A stretch of DNA of 64,000 bases from Octopus bimaculoides (GCF_001194135.2 NC_068989.1:7990825-8054824), one strand, 5' to 3'; numbered from the stretch's first letter, positions 1 through 10,700 are shown. Numbers and translations: made by a program. Notes: generated from the sequence alone by a model not told the origin.

Positions 1-59
1 TGGGAAGGGGGGGGGGATTTGTTAGTGTCACTACGTCTGCGTCACCCAACGCGGCTTGG

Positions 60-262
60 CTACCATGGCAACCAGTGTTGGTTTGTTTACGTTCCCGTAC
101 TTAGCGTTTCGGCAAAAAAAAGGGCCGGTATCTAAATACGTGACTTAAAAAAAAAAAAAAAAATCAAAGTAATCGGATCAATTAAATCTGATTAAATCTC
201 TTCAAGGCGGTGCCCCAGCATGGCCGTAATCCAATGATTGAAGCAAATAAAAGATAAGAGAA
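60..262 (+). mobile_element. SINE family B, 3' half (tail aaggcggtgccccagcatggccg...gaaacaa)
   Basis: Matches the 3' half and tail of the B copies at 4313, 6690, 33255 and 63770. Confidence 0.7.
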
Positions 263-721
263 GAGACGCTTAAAACAAATAGATCCAAAGAAATTACGCT
301 TTTTTTTCTTTTTCAGCGCGCTAGTTAATTAATTTCCGACGCTATTGTACATGAATGCCATTAAGGAATAACAAAAGTAAAAGAAAAGTAAGCGTTAACT
401 GCATGGCATGAGAAGCATTTGGTTTGGTCATGTTTGGAATACTTAAAATGATCGGAACGGTGACGTTTGGAACGTTTCTAAGAGACAGACAAGTCATAGT
501 TGGAACGCTTGTATAAAGGCAGAATAATGTTATTCTTCTGTTAATCCACAGTTGAACGAAGGGTGTTTTAATTTAAAAAATTATTTTTTCTGGCATCTTT
601 AAACTGCGTGACGGTCTATAAAATGTCTCACGTTGGTAGGAAGGCTATATATGTCGATGTATGATAAGCATTTTATTTATTTGTTAAGAATTAACACTAT
701 TGATAGTTTTATTGCTATAAA

Positions 722-820
722 ACGCGGTGCTGCGAGCAAGCAGAATGGTTTACCACGCCGGATAAAATGCTTTAGCGGCATTTATTACGGCTTTACATTT
801 TCAGTTCAAATAACATCGAT
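722..820 (+). mobile_element. SINE family A, degenerate tRNA-like head
   Basis: gcgagcaagcagaatggtttaccacgccggataaaatgctttagcggcattt...agttcaaat resembles the intact A heads such as 57124. Confidence 0.45.
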
Positions 821-2416
821 GCCGATAAAAAAAAAAAAAATTTTTAAGCACCAGTTGAGCACAGGGATCGATATAATAAAATTTCATGTCTTTGTACCTT
901 TAAAAAAAAAAATAAATATTTCGCGTGAGGACCGGATAATACAGTTGTCTACCCATGACACGCTTTAAAATCTACGCATGTAGTTCCAAGTTGACACTAG
1001 ATGTCATGGTTGTAGCGAAAAGTAATTTGAAAGGTGAGTATTCCTTTCTTTCGTTGTTATTCGTTTTCACCTTTTTTTCTGTTGATTTCTATAAATAGTT
1101 GTTACAATGTTTCATTAATAACAATAATAGTAATTCATAACAAAGACCGATGTTTTTATACCACATGTATATGACATAAAAAAAAGCGACTTTGACGTAA
1201 ATTAGGGTATGTTTAGTGCATCTGAGTGCTGCTTGATTTGCCCGAAATAACTGCCAGGTCTTTCTCAAATGACTCCGATTGATTAAAAAAGAGAACACCT
1301 TTAGGTAATGTAGTGATAGATATCTCTAGACATGATGGTTACGGCTGAAATTCCGTTTAAGGGACAAAAAAGAAAAGCAAAAAAAGGTGTTACTTTTCTA
1401 TTTCTTTTGAATGAACCTGGTGGTGACGTGGTTTTCCTAATACTAACTTAGAAATTTCCCAACATCTCGAGACTAAATTATTTTTTTACGGCATTTGAAG
1501 TTTAGTTACACTTTGTTTATTTTGCTGTAATCACTGCCAAACCTACAGTATGTTTCCATATATGGAAATAAAAGGTGTACATTAAAAAGGATGTATTATC
1601 TGCAGAGTAAAATGAATAAAAACGGTATACTATACATGGTGAGGTTCTTAACATACACAGCCATAAAATGTGTGTAAAAATTGGCGAGTTACAAAAGCTG
1701 ATAAAAGACAGCAACTACTTGAAAACTCTAGGATTGAAAAGGAAACGTGTCCACCTGAATATCACTTCGTGACTTTGGACAAGTAGAAGCGGAAAGATAT
1801 TGTTATTGTAGGAGTGGAGCAGTACATGCGCCCTTTAAAGGAATAGAGGCTCTTTAATGCGTTCCTCTCACATACATATCTATCAATCTATCTATCTATC
1901 TATGTTACAGCGGCGGTAAAGAATACGCACCCGCCGCTAACCCCAACCGTCGAAAACGGGTGGTGTGCATATTCTTTACCTTCACCTATGTTACATTGTA
2001 TTATAGTTATTTATTAAGTATTTCTGTGTCATTAAAATATCAGTTTACATTTTATTATCTGTTAGTTTAATTTATTTCGTATAAATTATATTTTCCTCTA
2101 TAAATGTCATTCTCCATATCCCGTATAATTAGATAAGATTTTTTTAATGCGGCATTCAAACATGTACATTAAAATATCCACCTCGTCTTCCCTTTCTGTG
2201 TTATGGTCGATATTTTGTAATAATAAGTCGTAAATGATTTGATTCCTCAGTTTATATCTCAATATTTCTTTACTTCTTTTTGTTTACTTGTAATTCAACG
2301 ATAGTTTTGTAACCGCGATGTCCCTTCATTGCAATAGTCAAATCCCGTCCGTGTTTTAAACCGTGTAATAAAGCAACATTTACTGAGATACCGCTTTTAC
2401 TCCATTAGTCACTCAC

Positions 2417-2447
2417 GAATAAACACTAGCCTGACTGCTGCGGCCAT
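2417..2447 (-). CDS. Candidate first coding exon MAAAVRLVFI (phase 1)
   Basis: Minus strand ATGGCCGCAGCAGTCAGGCTAGTGTTTATTC is followed by a consensus GTGAGT donor. No compatible downstream exon was found. Confidence 0.25.
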
Positions 2448-2794
2448 GAACTTTTGTTGTCAGTCCCACAACAAGCCTAATCGAACACAATTCATAACTA
2501 CCTCACCCTTTTTGTCATTGTGTACGTTGATACTATTTAATGCGTTCTAAAGTGTTCGCTGTTGACAAAAGAGAGAAACTTGAGTTACCTCTGGGTGTAT
2601 GCCAGTAGTGTTCGCATGTGTATGTATGTGCCCATCATCAGTGTCTGTTCCAATCTCTCTTTCTGTCTACTGAACGCGCGCTTTTACCATTCCCTTTCCA
2701 CAGCATAATTTTTTTTTACACCACAGGAAACTGTTAACATTTTAATATATTTTAATATATATATTTTATGTGTGTGTCCGTGTGTATGTATCCT

Positions 2795-2935
2795 CATCAG
2801 TTAACGTCCGTTTTCTTTGATGGCAAGGGTTGGACGGATTAACCAGAGCTGACAAGGTGTAGGCTCCAATTGTCTGTTTTGGCAGGCTTTCTACAGCTGG
2901 ACACCCTTCCTAATGCCATCCACTTAACAAGGTGT
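2795..2935 (-). mobile_element. RTE-type 3' end fragment (family D)
   Basis: catcagttaacgtccgttttc...gggttggacg...ctacagctggacacccttcctaatgcc is shared with 6222, 17905 and 24505. Confidence 0.65.
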
Positions 2936-3045
2936 ATTAGATGCTTTTTACGTGGCACCAGCACGGGTGCTTTTTTTAAAAATTTAGATCCAATACAGAT
3001 GCTTCTTGAGTGGCACCAGCACTAGTGGGGTTGCCAATATGCATA

Positions 3046-3316
3046 TACAGGGTGTGGTGAATAGACTGTCGTCTAAATTACACAAACATGAAAAGAACAC
3101 TGACATCTCATTTTAACTGATATATTTACCAAAATTACATAAAAATTTCTTGAAATACTAAAGAGTAAATTTATTCAATAAAATCGCCATTGGTTTCAAA
3201 CACAACCTCAAGACGACTTAATAAACTCCTGCAACTCTTCTGGATTGTCTCCTTGTTTAAGTTTGTCAATGCTGCCATAATTGTTGCCCTTAGTTCATCT
3301 TTGGTGTTACAAGGAA
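3046..3316 (-). mobile_element. Tc1/mariner-superfamily transposon right end with transposase C-terminus
   Basis: Minus strand translates PCNTKDELRATIMAALTNLNKETIQKSCRSLLSRLEVVFETNGDFIE*. The element ends in a TA-cagggtg terminus. Confidence 0.7.
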
Positions 3317-3400
3317 GGCTGTACCAGATTCCAGTTTGATTTGGCATGATTTCTATGGCTGGATGCCCTTCCTAATGTAAACCACTCCAAGAGTGTAATG
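3316..3400 (-). mobile_element. RTE-type family D internal fragment
   Basis: aggctgtaccagattccagtttgatttggcatgatttctatggctggatgcccttcctaatg matches the other D copies. Confidence 0.55.
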
Positions 3401-4312
3401 AGTGATTTTACATGCCAGTGGCACAGGTGTCATTTGAGTGATACCAGTATCTGCCACGACTGTGATTTTACTTCTTCTCAAGCATGATATAATACCAAAG
3501 GTCTCGGTCATTTGACATTTGCCTTTGTGAGTCCTAACACTTAAAAGGAGCTTTTCACATGCCACCAGCATTGACCACTTTGCCTCTGTGAGGTGCTTTA
3601 AGCAAAGACGAACTGGAAATGTGAAATGTTAAAAAGCATTGATATTTTAATATTTCGGCTGTTTCATAATTTTCTCCTGATGACATAAATAATATTTGAT
3701 GGTGGATATGCAATATATTCACAACACCTACACATTATACACATGTATGTTCTCAATGAAATCCATTCATTCATTTTATGTCATGTAAAGAAAATTCTAA
3801 AGATTTTATAAAATAATTTTAACATTTTGAAAGGTAATCATTTAAAACAAGCCAACCAAGTTATTCTTAGGTCCACCTTAAGAAGATAGCTAAATATGCA
3901 AGAAAAAAAAAACCCCAAAAGAATTTGAATATCAACAAAGTAAAGTATTCAAGTGTGAATGTTCATGCAAAGGGCAGGTACAAATCCTCTGCACAAGTTA
4001 ATCAAACTAGACTACCTTCCATTCGACACACATTCAAATATATTATTGATAAACACAACTATATACTCAGTCACACCTGTGCATATACACAGTTATAAAT
4101 GCGTGTATATACATACATGTCCACATATACCTATGTACACACACTGACGCACACACATATAAAATACATCTACCTATACACATACAAATCTCTCAAGACA
4201 TAGACACTACACTAAGTAAACACATTTAGCAGCATAAATATCATACACCTCCTATCTGTGCCGGTGCTCAAAATGTATGTTAAATGAATATGTATATATA
4301 TATATATATATA

Positions 4313-4580
4313 CTCTTTTACTTGTTTCAGTCATTTGACTGCGGCCATGCTGGAGCACTGCCTTTAGTCGAGCAAATCGATCCCAGGACTTATTCTTTGG
4401 AAGCCTAGTATTCCATCAGTCTCTTTTGCCGAACTGCTAAGTTACGGGGACGTAAACACACCAGCATCGGTTGTCAAGCGATGGGGGGACAAACACAGAC
4501 ACACATGCATATATATATATATATACACATATACGACGGGCTTCTTTCAGTTTCCGTCTACCAAATCCACTCACTTGACT
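4313..4580 (-). mobile_element. SINE family B (truncated by gap)
   Basis: Reverse complement of the tail ...gactgaaacaagtaaaagag, with internal (CA)/(TA) microsatellite and gggcttctttcagtttccgtctacc body. Confidence 0.85.
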
Positions 4581-4879
4581 NNNNNNNNNNNNNNNNNNNN
4601 NNNNNNNNNNNNNNNNNNNNNNNNNNNNNNNNNNNNNNNNNNNNNNNNNNNNNNNNNNNNNNNNNNNNNNNNNNNNNNNNNNNNNNNNNNNNNNNNNNNN
4701 NNNNNNNNNNNNNNNNNNNNNNNNNNNNNNNNNNNNNNNNNNNNNNNNNNNNNNNNNNNNNNNNNNNNNNNNNNNNNNNNNNNNNNNNNNNNNNNNNNNN
4801 NNNNNNNNNNNNNNNNNNNNNNNNNNNNNNNNNNNNNNNNNNNNNNNNNNNNNNNNNNNNNNNNNNNNNNNNNNNNNNN

Positions 4880-4913
<34 letters not shown>

Positions 4914-5474
4914 TAAACAATGGGGTAAAAAATTGGATATTAATTAATATCAATTTAATACCAGGTAACTAGCACATTAAAAGAATCAGGGAGATTCAGA
5001 AAAAAATATCTGAGATCTCAAAGGATTATTGTATATGTATATATAAAAATATATACGAGTATATATACAGGAGGCCACTAGGTGGACTGGTAATGTGCTA
5101 GAAAGCTGCTTATTAATTAGATATGAAACAGTTATTAAAAGAAAAGGTTTCCTTTGACAAAAATTATTGTCAGCGGGCAGTTTTGCTCAATTGGTAGAGT
5201 ACTCAGCCGGTAATTTATGGGTCTAAGTTCAAGTCTTGTGGCTTGCTGCTGACAATTTTTTTCAACACATAAGGGTAAAATACTCAATCTTTCTGCTGTT
5301 TTCATGGCTATACTGCATTCAAAATATTACTTTCTTGTATATATTTTAATAGTTTGCTTAGGCGTAGCAAGACTAATAACCTGGTGTAGAAGTCGAAATG
5401 CACAGACAATGTTAGATAAGTGTAGATTGGTAATAAGAACAAAGAGATAACAAAAGAATAAATGATTATCTTAA

Positions 5475-5704
5475 GAACATCATTAGCTTACAGCTGTTTC
5501 TGCTGTGAGATGTGGTCTATTCTTAGTTGAGTACCCGCATAACATCATATAGCATCAACAGAGCCTCGAATATAAAATGCACTTTATTTGGGAAAATTAC
5601 ACCTCATATTCAAAGCTCTGATGAAGCTATAGAATGTTATCCAGGTACTCAACTAAGAGTGCACTGCATCTTATTGCAGAAACAGTTGTAAGCTAATGAA
5701 GTTC
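5475..5704. ncRNA. Foldback element: two inverted minimal type I hammerhead-ribozyme motifs (decayed), probably Penelope terminal-repeat derived
   Basis: Arms 5475-5573 and 5606-5704 are reverse complements. Plus arm: AGCT-CTGATGA(5618-5624)-stem II-GAAA(5679-5682)-C AGTT GT-A-AGCT. Minus arm: GGCT-CTGTTGA(5561-5555)-TGCT...AGCA-GAAA-C AGCT GT-A-AGCT. Confidence 0.65.
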
Positions 5705-6221
5705 ATAACATAACTTTTGTTTTCTCCAGTGTCATCTCAAGTTACGTTGCACATATGCAATGTAACTTGATATACACGCACATATATAAGGCCTGCATTC
5801 AGTTTCTGAACCAAGGCTGCATGTTGTGTTCCTGAGCAATGTATTCAATTTCATGTTGCTCTACTGTACTTTGTTGAAAATGAGTACCAGCCGAGTACTA
5901 GTGCTTCCTTCTCTCCCTCCAGCTCTCACTCCCTGCAATTCAACCATTACATCTTTAACAATGGACTGTGTATTTGGAAGGACGGTGTCTGCAGAAGCTC
6001 TTGTATGGGCACAGTGGCTATCTGAATATTTGCACACCACATATCTCAATAACTTGCTCAGCAAGCATAAAATATGGACATTAAACAATGATGTTGATGA
6101 TTCCCATTATTTTTCAGCAGATTACTGAATCAAGAGGCTTCTTAGTGTACTTGTGTTTTGTCAGTTGTTCAACCAACAAAACCACTTACTCATTCAATTA
6201 TAGAGTATTCTACAAGCACTT

Positions 6222-6372
6222 CATCATCATCATCATCATCATTTAACGTCCATCTTCCATGGGTGGGACGATACCACAAGAGCTGGCCAGGCTGAAGTCT
6301 GCACCAAACATCTGTGACTGTTTTGGCAGGATTTTTACAGCTGGATGCCCTTCCTAACACCAACCACTCAGC
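6222..6372 (-). mobile_element. RTE-type 3' end with (GAT)n tail (family D)
   Basis: (cat)n-ttaacgtcc...gggtgggacg...ctggatgcccttcctaacaccaaccactc. Confidence 0.75.
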
Positions 6373-6689
6373 ATCTGCCTGACAACTATTTTCCATCTGG
6401 TGAGGTTTCACATAGTTTCCATCGCCACTATATCACTAACAGGTCTTGAACTGACCAAATGTTATTGCAGAAGGCTTACCCAAGGTGTGCATGGTGAGAT
6501 GGAACTCAGGATCTTGTGTTTGCCAGCCAAACAGCCACACTGAATATATCATCACTGTTTTAAGGGTCCCCTTTTCCATGATTTCATGGATCAGACAGCA
6601 TTCATTGAAGCAGATCTTTCACAGCAGTGCTGCTTGTTTACAAATGTCATACAGTGTCAAGCCAAGAAGACACACACACGCACACATAC

Positions 6690-6901
6690 TCTTTTACTTG
6701 TTTAAGTCATTTGACTGTGGCCATGCTGGAGCACCGCCTTTAGTCGAGCAAATTGACCCCAGGACTTATTCTTTGTAAGCCTAGCACTTATTCTATCAGT
6801 CTCTTTTGCTGAACCACTAAGTTACAGGGACATAAACACACCAGCATCAGTTGTCAAAGCGATGGTTGGGGGGGGACAAACACAGACACACAAATACACG
6901 T

Positions 6902-6968
<67 letters not shown>

Positions 6969-7155
6969 GTTTAACGTCCGCTTTCCATGCTAACAACGGG
7001 CTTCTTTCAGTTTCCGTCTTCCAAATTCACTCACAAGGCTTTGGTTGGTCCGAGGCTATAGTAGAAGATACCTGCCCAAGGTACCATGCAGTGGGACTGA
7101 ACCCGGAACCATGTGGTTGGTAAGCAAACTACTTACCACACAGCCACTCCTGCGC
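6690..7155 (-). mobile_element. Full-length SINE family B with an RTE (GAT)n tip nested at about 6935-6992
   Basis: tRNA-like head (reverse complement aggcgcaggagtggctgtgtggtaag...ggttcagtccc), ccttgggcag body, microsatellite and tail are all present. Confidence 0.9.
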
Positions 7156-7174
7156 CTATATGTATACATGTGTT

Positions 7175-7490
7175 TGATAAGTGGAGGACTGAGGATTTGA
7201 TGGGAATACTGGGGTTGGAGGAATTGGTGGAATGGTTGGCAAGGGTGAATGGAGTGAGGTGGTATGGGCATGTGTTGAGGAGGGTGATTACGTTTGAGGT
7301 AAATGGAGCGTGAAAGCGGGGTAGACCAAGGGAAAGGTGGAGGAGGAGATTGGGATGGTTGGTTTGAAAAAGGAGAACACCCAAACCTGGGCAAGATGGT
7401 GTGAGGTCGGTTGCTATGGCATTGAGGTAGATCCAGCCACCCCTGTTAACAGGGACAAAACCTGGATTTAAAACACTGCATGATGATGAT
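7175..7490 (+). mobile_element. RTE-clade LINE 3' fragment
   Basis: Translates ...GVRWYGHVLRRVITFEVNGA*KRGRPRERW, the RTE C-terminal WYGH/RGRP motifs, and ends in a (TGA)n tail. Confidence 0.8.
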
Positions 7491-7650
7491 GGGCTTCTCT
7501 CAGTTTTTGTCTTTCAAATCCACTCAAGTCTTCAGTTGGTTTGGGACTATAATAAAAGACATCCAAAGTACCATGCAGTGGGACTGAACTTGAAACCACT
7601 TGGTTGGGAAACTCACTTCTTAACCACACAGCTGTACCAGTCCCTACTTG
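7490..7650 (-). mobile_element. SINE family B 5' half
   Basis: gggcttctctcagttt...gtgggactgaac...cttaaccacacagc. Confidence 0.7.
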
Positions 7651-7914
7651 TTTCTGTTATTGGACTGTAATCATGCTGAGTAAACTAAGTCTGTTTTTCC
7701 TAACTTGTCTATTCATGAACGGTCTGTTCTATGTTGTTCTGTCAAGGACTACACATTGAACCTTAGGTATAATTACAATGTCAGAAAATGTCACCAACAT
7801 TGTGTTCACTAAAGTTTTCTAATATTAAAACTTTCTTTGTTAACTCTTTATATTATTATGGAGATGTACTTGCATAGCAAGTGACCTGATCTGAGACCGT
7901 GTGCTGAAACAAAA

Positions 7915-8198
7915 ACAATTGCAGCATGGAAGATGTTTATAAGCCATTTAAAACACATACAAAAACCGTTAGATTCACTTCAACATTTAAACTTCATTTG
8001 CCAAAATATTTTCATCGCTTTGAGACCGCGACCTGATCACTGATAAAATTCTGTGCTGCATGGAATTTTGTCAGTGAACAGGTTGTGGTCTCAAAGCGAT
8101 GAAAATATTTTGGCAAATTAAGTTTAAATGTTGAAGTGAATCTAACAGTTTTTGTGTGACTTTAAATAGCTTATAAACACCTTCCACACTGCAATTGT
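7915..8198. ncRNA. 284-bp foldback element: two inverted hammerhead-like motifs with a G3:C8-swapped core
   Basis: Arms 7915-8051 and 8063-8198 pair around an 11-nt loop. Plus arm: TTTGTCA-GTGAACA(8074-8080)-G-GTTGT ggtctcaaa GCGAT-GAAA ATAT TT-TGGCAAA. Minus arm has core GTGATCA (8040-8034) and stem GTCGC/GCGAT. Confidence 0.55.
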
Positions 8199-8295
8199 CT
8201 TTATGCTATCTGCATGTGGAATACTCGGCATGGAAGTGCCTGTAGAATACGCTATAATCCAGTGAGTAGTTTTGCTAATTGAATAATTGACAAAG

Positions 8296-8470
8296 GCATG
8301 GTGATGAGCTAACAGACTCGTTAGCATGCCAGGTGAAATGCCTAGTGGTATTTTGTTTGGCAATATGTTCTGAGTTCAATTTCTGTCATGGTTGATTTAG
8401 CTTTTCATCGTTTTGGGGTCAATAAAATAAGTACCAGCTGTACACTGAGGTCACTGTAATTGATTTAACT
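8296..8470 (+). mobile_element. SINE family A (degenerate)
   Basis: gagctaacagactcgttagcatgccaggtgaaatg...gttctgagttcaatt...aataagtaccag. Confidence 0.7.
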
Positions 8471-8484
8471 ACTCTTAGCTACAT

Positions 8485-8570
8485 TCTTTTACTTGTTTCA
8501 GTCAATAGACTATGGCCATGCTGGGGCACTGCCTTGAAGAATTATAGTTGAATAAATCGACCCAGGACTG
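8485..8570 (-). mobile_element. SINE family B tail fragment
   Basis: ttttacttgtttcagtc...ggccatgctggggcactgccttgaag...aatcgacccagg. Confidence 0.7.
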
Positions 8571-8830
8571 CCATGTTGTGCTTGCAAACCATCTTCACTC
8601 CAAAGTACTGTTGCTGAATATCTCTCATTGTGAGATTTACAAACAATAATAACTTGTTCAGCCTGAGGAAACTACTCAAGTAACTTGGTAGACATCCTAT
8701 TCAAGCCATCTTTCAAACGTATCAGAAATTTTACAAGAGACGACTTTGATATACTAAATCACCTGCAAACAGTCAGTGTAAAAACAGGTTTTATTTGTTG
8801 ACTTATAAAAGTACACAAGATCAAACTGTA
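8570..8830 (+). mobile_element. Penelope-like element, RT N-terminal remnant
   Basis: Translates SNLVDILFKPSFKRIRNFTRDDFDILNHL, which resembles the PLE RT segment LS-LVDILLKP---RD--DFL--L. Confidence 0.6.
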
Positions 8831-8831
8831 A

Positions 8832-9452
8832 TATCAGGTTGAACAAAAATAAGCAGCGCTTTGAATTATGAAGAATTTGTACCGGATTTTTGCAGAGTTT
8901 TGAATTTTTTAAAACATCTTTTTGCAATTGTTTCATAAACTTGCCCAAAATGCATCAATAAATTAGCATTGATATATGATTTTACTGTTGTTAAAATCAT
9001 CTGAAATGGAACTGTCAAAGCATGATATTTAAGCAACTTTGTTATTCAATTTCAAAAAAGGACGTAAAGCAGCTGAAACAGCTTGCGATATCAACGAAAC
9101 ATTTGGTGAGGAAATGACCAGTGAGTGGTCAGTTCAAAAATGGTTTAAACGATTTCACAGTGGAGACCTGAGCCTTGACGATTGTGAGCATAGTGGACGC
9201 CATCTGTCATCAATGATGGTCAATTAAAGACTGTCATTAAGAAGGATCCACGTAAAACCTGCCTTCAACCGTTTTCACATGATCGGAAAATCAAAAAAGC
9301 TAGACAAATGGGTACCACACGATTTCAATGAAAATCAGAAAATGCACAGAAATGAAATTTACTCATCACTTCTTCTCTGTAACCAGACCAATCCATTTCT
9401 CAACTGTATTGTAACTTGCAATGAAATGTGGATTCTGTACAATAATAAAAAA
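8832..9452 (+). mobile_element. Mariner transposon, 5' TIR plus degenerate transposase N-half
   Basis: TA-tcaggttgaacaaaaa terminus. Translates FKKGRKAAETACDINETFG...VQKWFKRFHSGDLSLDD..SGR and IGKSKKLDKWVPH...FLNCIVTCNEMWILYNN (WVPHEL and first catalytic-D region). No 3' TIR. Confidence 0.9.
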
Positions 9453-9454
9453 TA

Positions 9455-10250
9455 TAGTCATAACCAACTCCAGTTTCTGAGATATTGTAAGGAAAAACAT
9501 CATCAATGAAATAGAAGTAGACATATACTTTAAAGTTATGTATACCAAAACAATATTTACCTTTGAATTCATGCTGTCCGAGAAACATGTGAGTAAATCC
9601 CCCCATATAACCTTATCAAAAGATCTGCAAAACTGTATCTGATGAAAACATCTGTGACCCATGATTTAAAGGTATTAAGGATTTCACTTCTAGACAGGAA
9701 TTTTCCACAATCCTTAATTGAATACAGCAAACCAAGAAATTCAGTATCCAGGAACTAAGGCAATCTTAACAATGAGGCTTACGACACCATATTTCAAAAC
9801 ATACCGACACTGACTGAAAAAGGACCCCAGGCTAAACCAAATCCTCCAAATACATATTATCATAAAAAGCAAAAGGCAGTTGAAAATCACTGAAAAATTA
9901 ACAAAGGCCAAACTTCATACAATAATAAAAGAATCAACATTAAAAAAAAATGTGGAAGATCCAACTTTGGCATAAGTTTAAATCTGTCAGAAGAATTGGA
10001 GATTCATTTGAAAGAAGGACAGCTTTCCATAGTAAAAAATAATTTTTAACTTGTGCATCTGAAAATCTAATCTATGCAATTATGTTATACGCTCAGGATG
10101 TGAGAACTACATAAGGCAAACTGGAATGTCCTAAAGACAGTGCATGACTGTACAGATAAAAAAAATTATAATACCAGAATACAAACAAATAGAACTTGGT
10201 AAACATATAGACACGTGTAGAGGTAAGGTATAACACAAATTTTATGACCT
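9455..10250 (+). mobile_element. Penelope-like element, RT thumb plus GIY-YIG endonuclease remnant
   Basis: With frameshifts it reads FL/DI...IEVDIYFK..TKQYL..NSC...PYNL..ICKTVSDE...LLDRNFPQSLI, then CASENLIYAI..SGCENYIRQTG...PEYKQIELGKHIDTC. Confidence 0.75.
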
Positions 10251-10379
10251 CCCTCAACTATTAGTGAGGGTTGCACAATAGTAATCCATAAAAAAAAAAA
10301 TTTTTAAACTCTCACAATCGAATACTGACCACTTGTAAATCACTGTGGGAAAGAAAGAATGATAACTATAAAAACAATT

Positions 10380-10700
10380 CCTACTGATTTTGTTACTACT
10401 ACCACCACTGCTACTATAACAACAGCAACAACAGACTGATGCAGCCACTGTAATTATGGCTGCTACCATTATTAGGACTGATACAGCCTCTGCTATTATG
10501 GCCAATACCATTGTTGCTGCTGCTACTAATAGCTAGCTGTTACTGCTGCTTCTAATAGGCTGTCATAGATACTGTTACAACTGTGTCACCACCATTGCTA
10601 CCACTAATAGCCACTACTTCATAACATCCCAAGTAAGAAGCAAAGGATATTTTCCACTACCTGAAACTACTACTACTACTCAGCAACCACCATACGTGTT
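10380..10700. repeat. Degenerate trinucleotide low-complexity tract (act/gct/acc)
   Basis: Visible tactac/tgctac/caccac periodicity. Confidence 0.6.

Noticed and set aside
1006-1039. Plus-strand MVVAKSNLK followed by a GTGAGT donor
   Set aside because: No compatible downstream exon, and it conflicts with the minus-strand candidate at 2447. Chance occurrence is plausible.
5826-6128. 100-aa plus and 75-aa minus ORFs
   Set aside because: No recognisable motif, non-ATG starts and no convincing splice-site pair.
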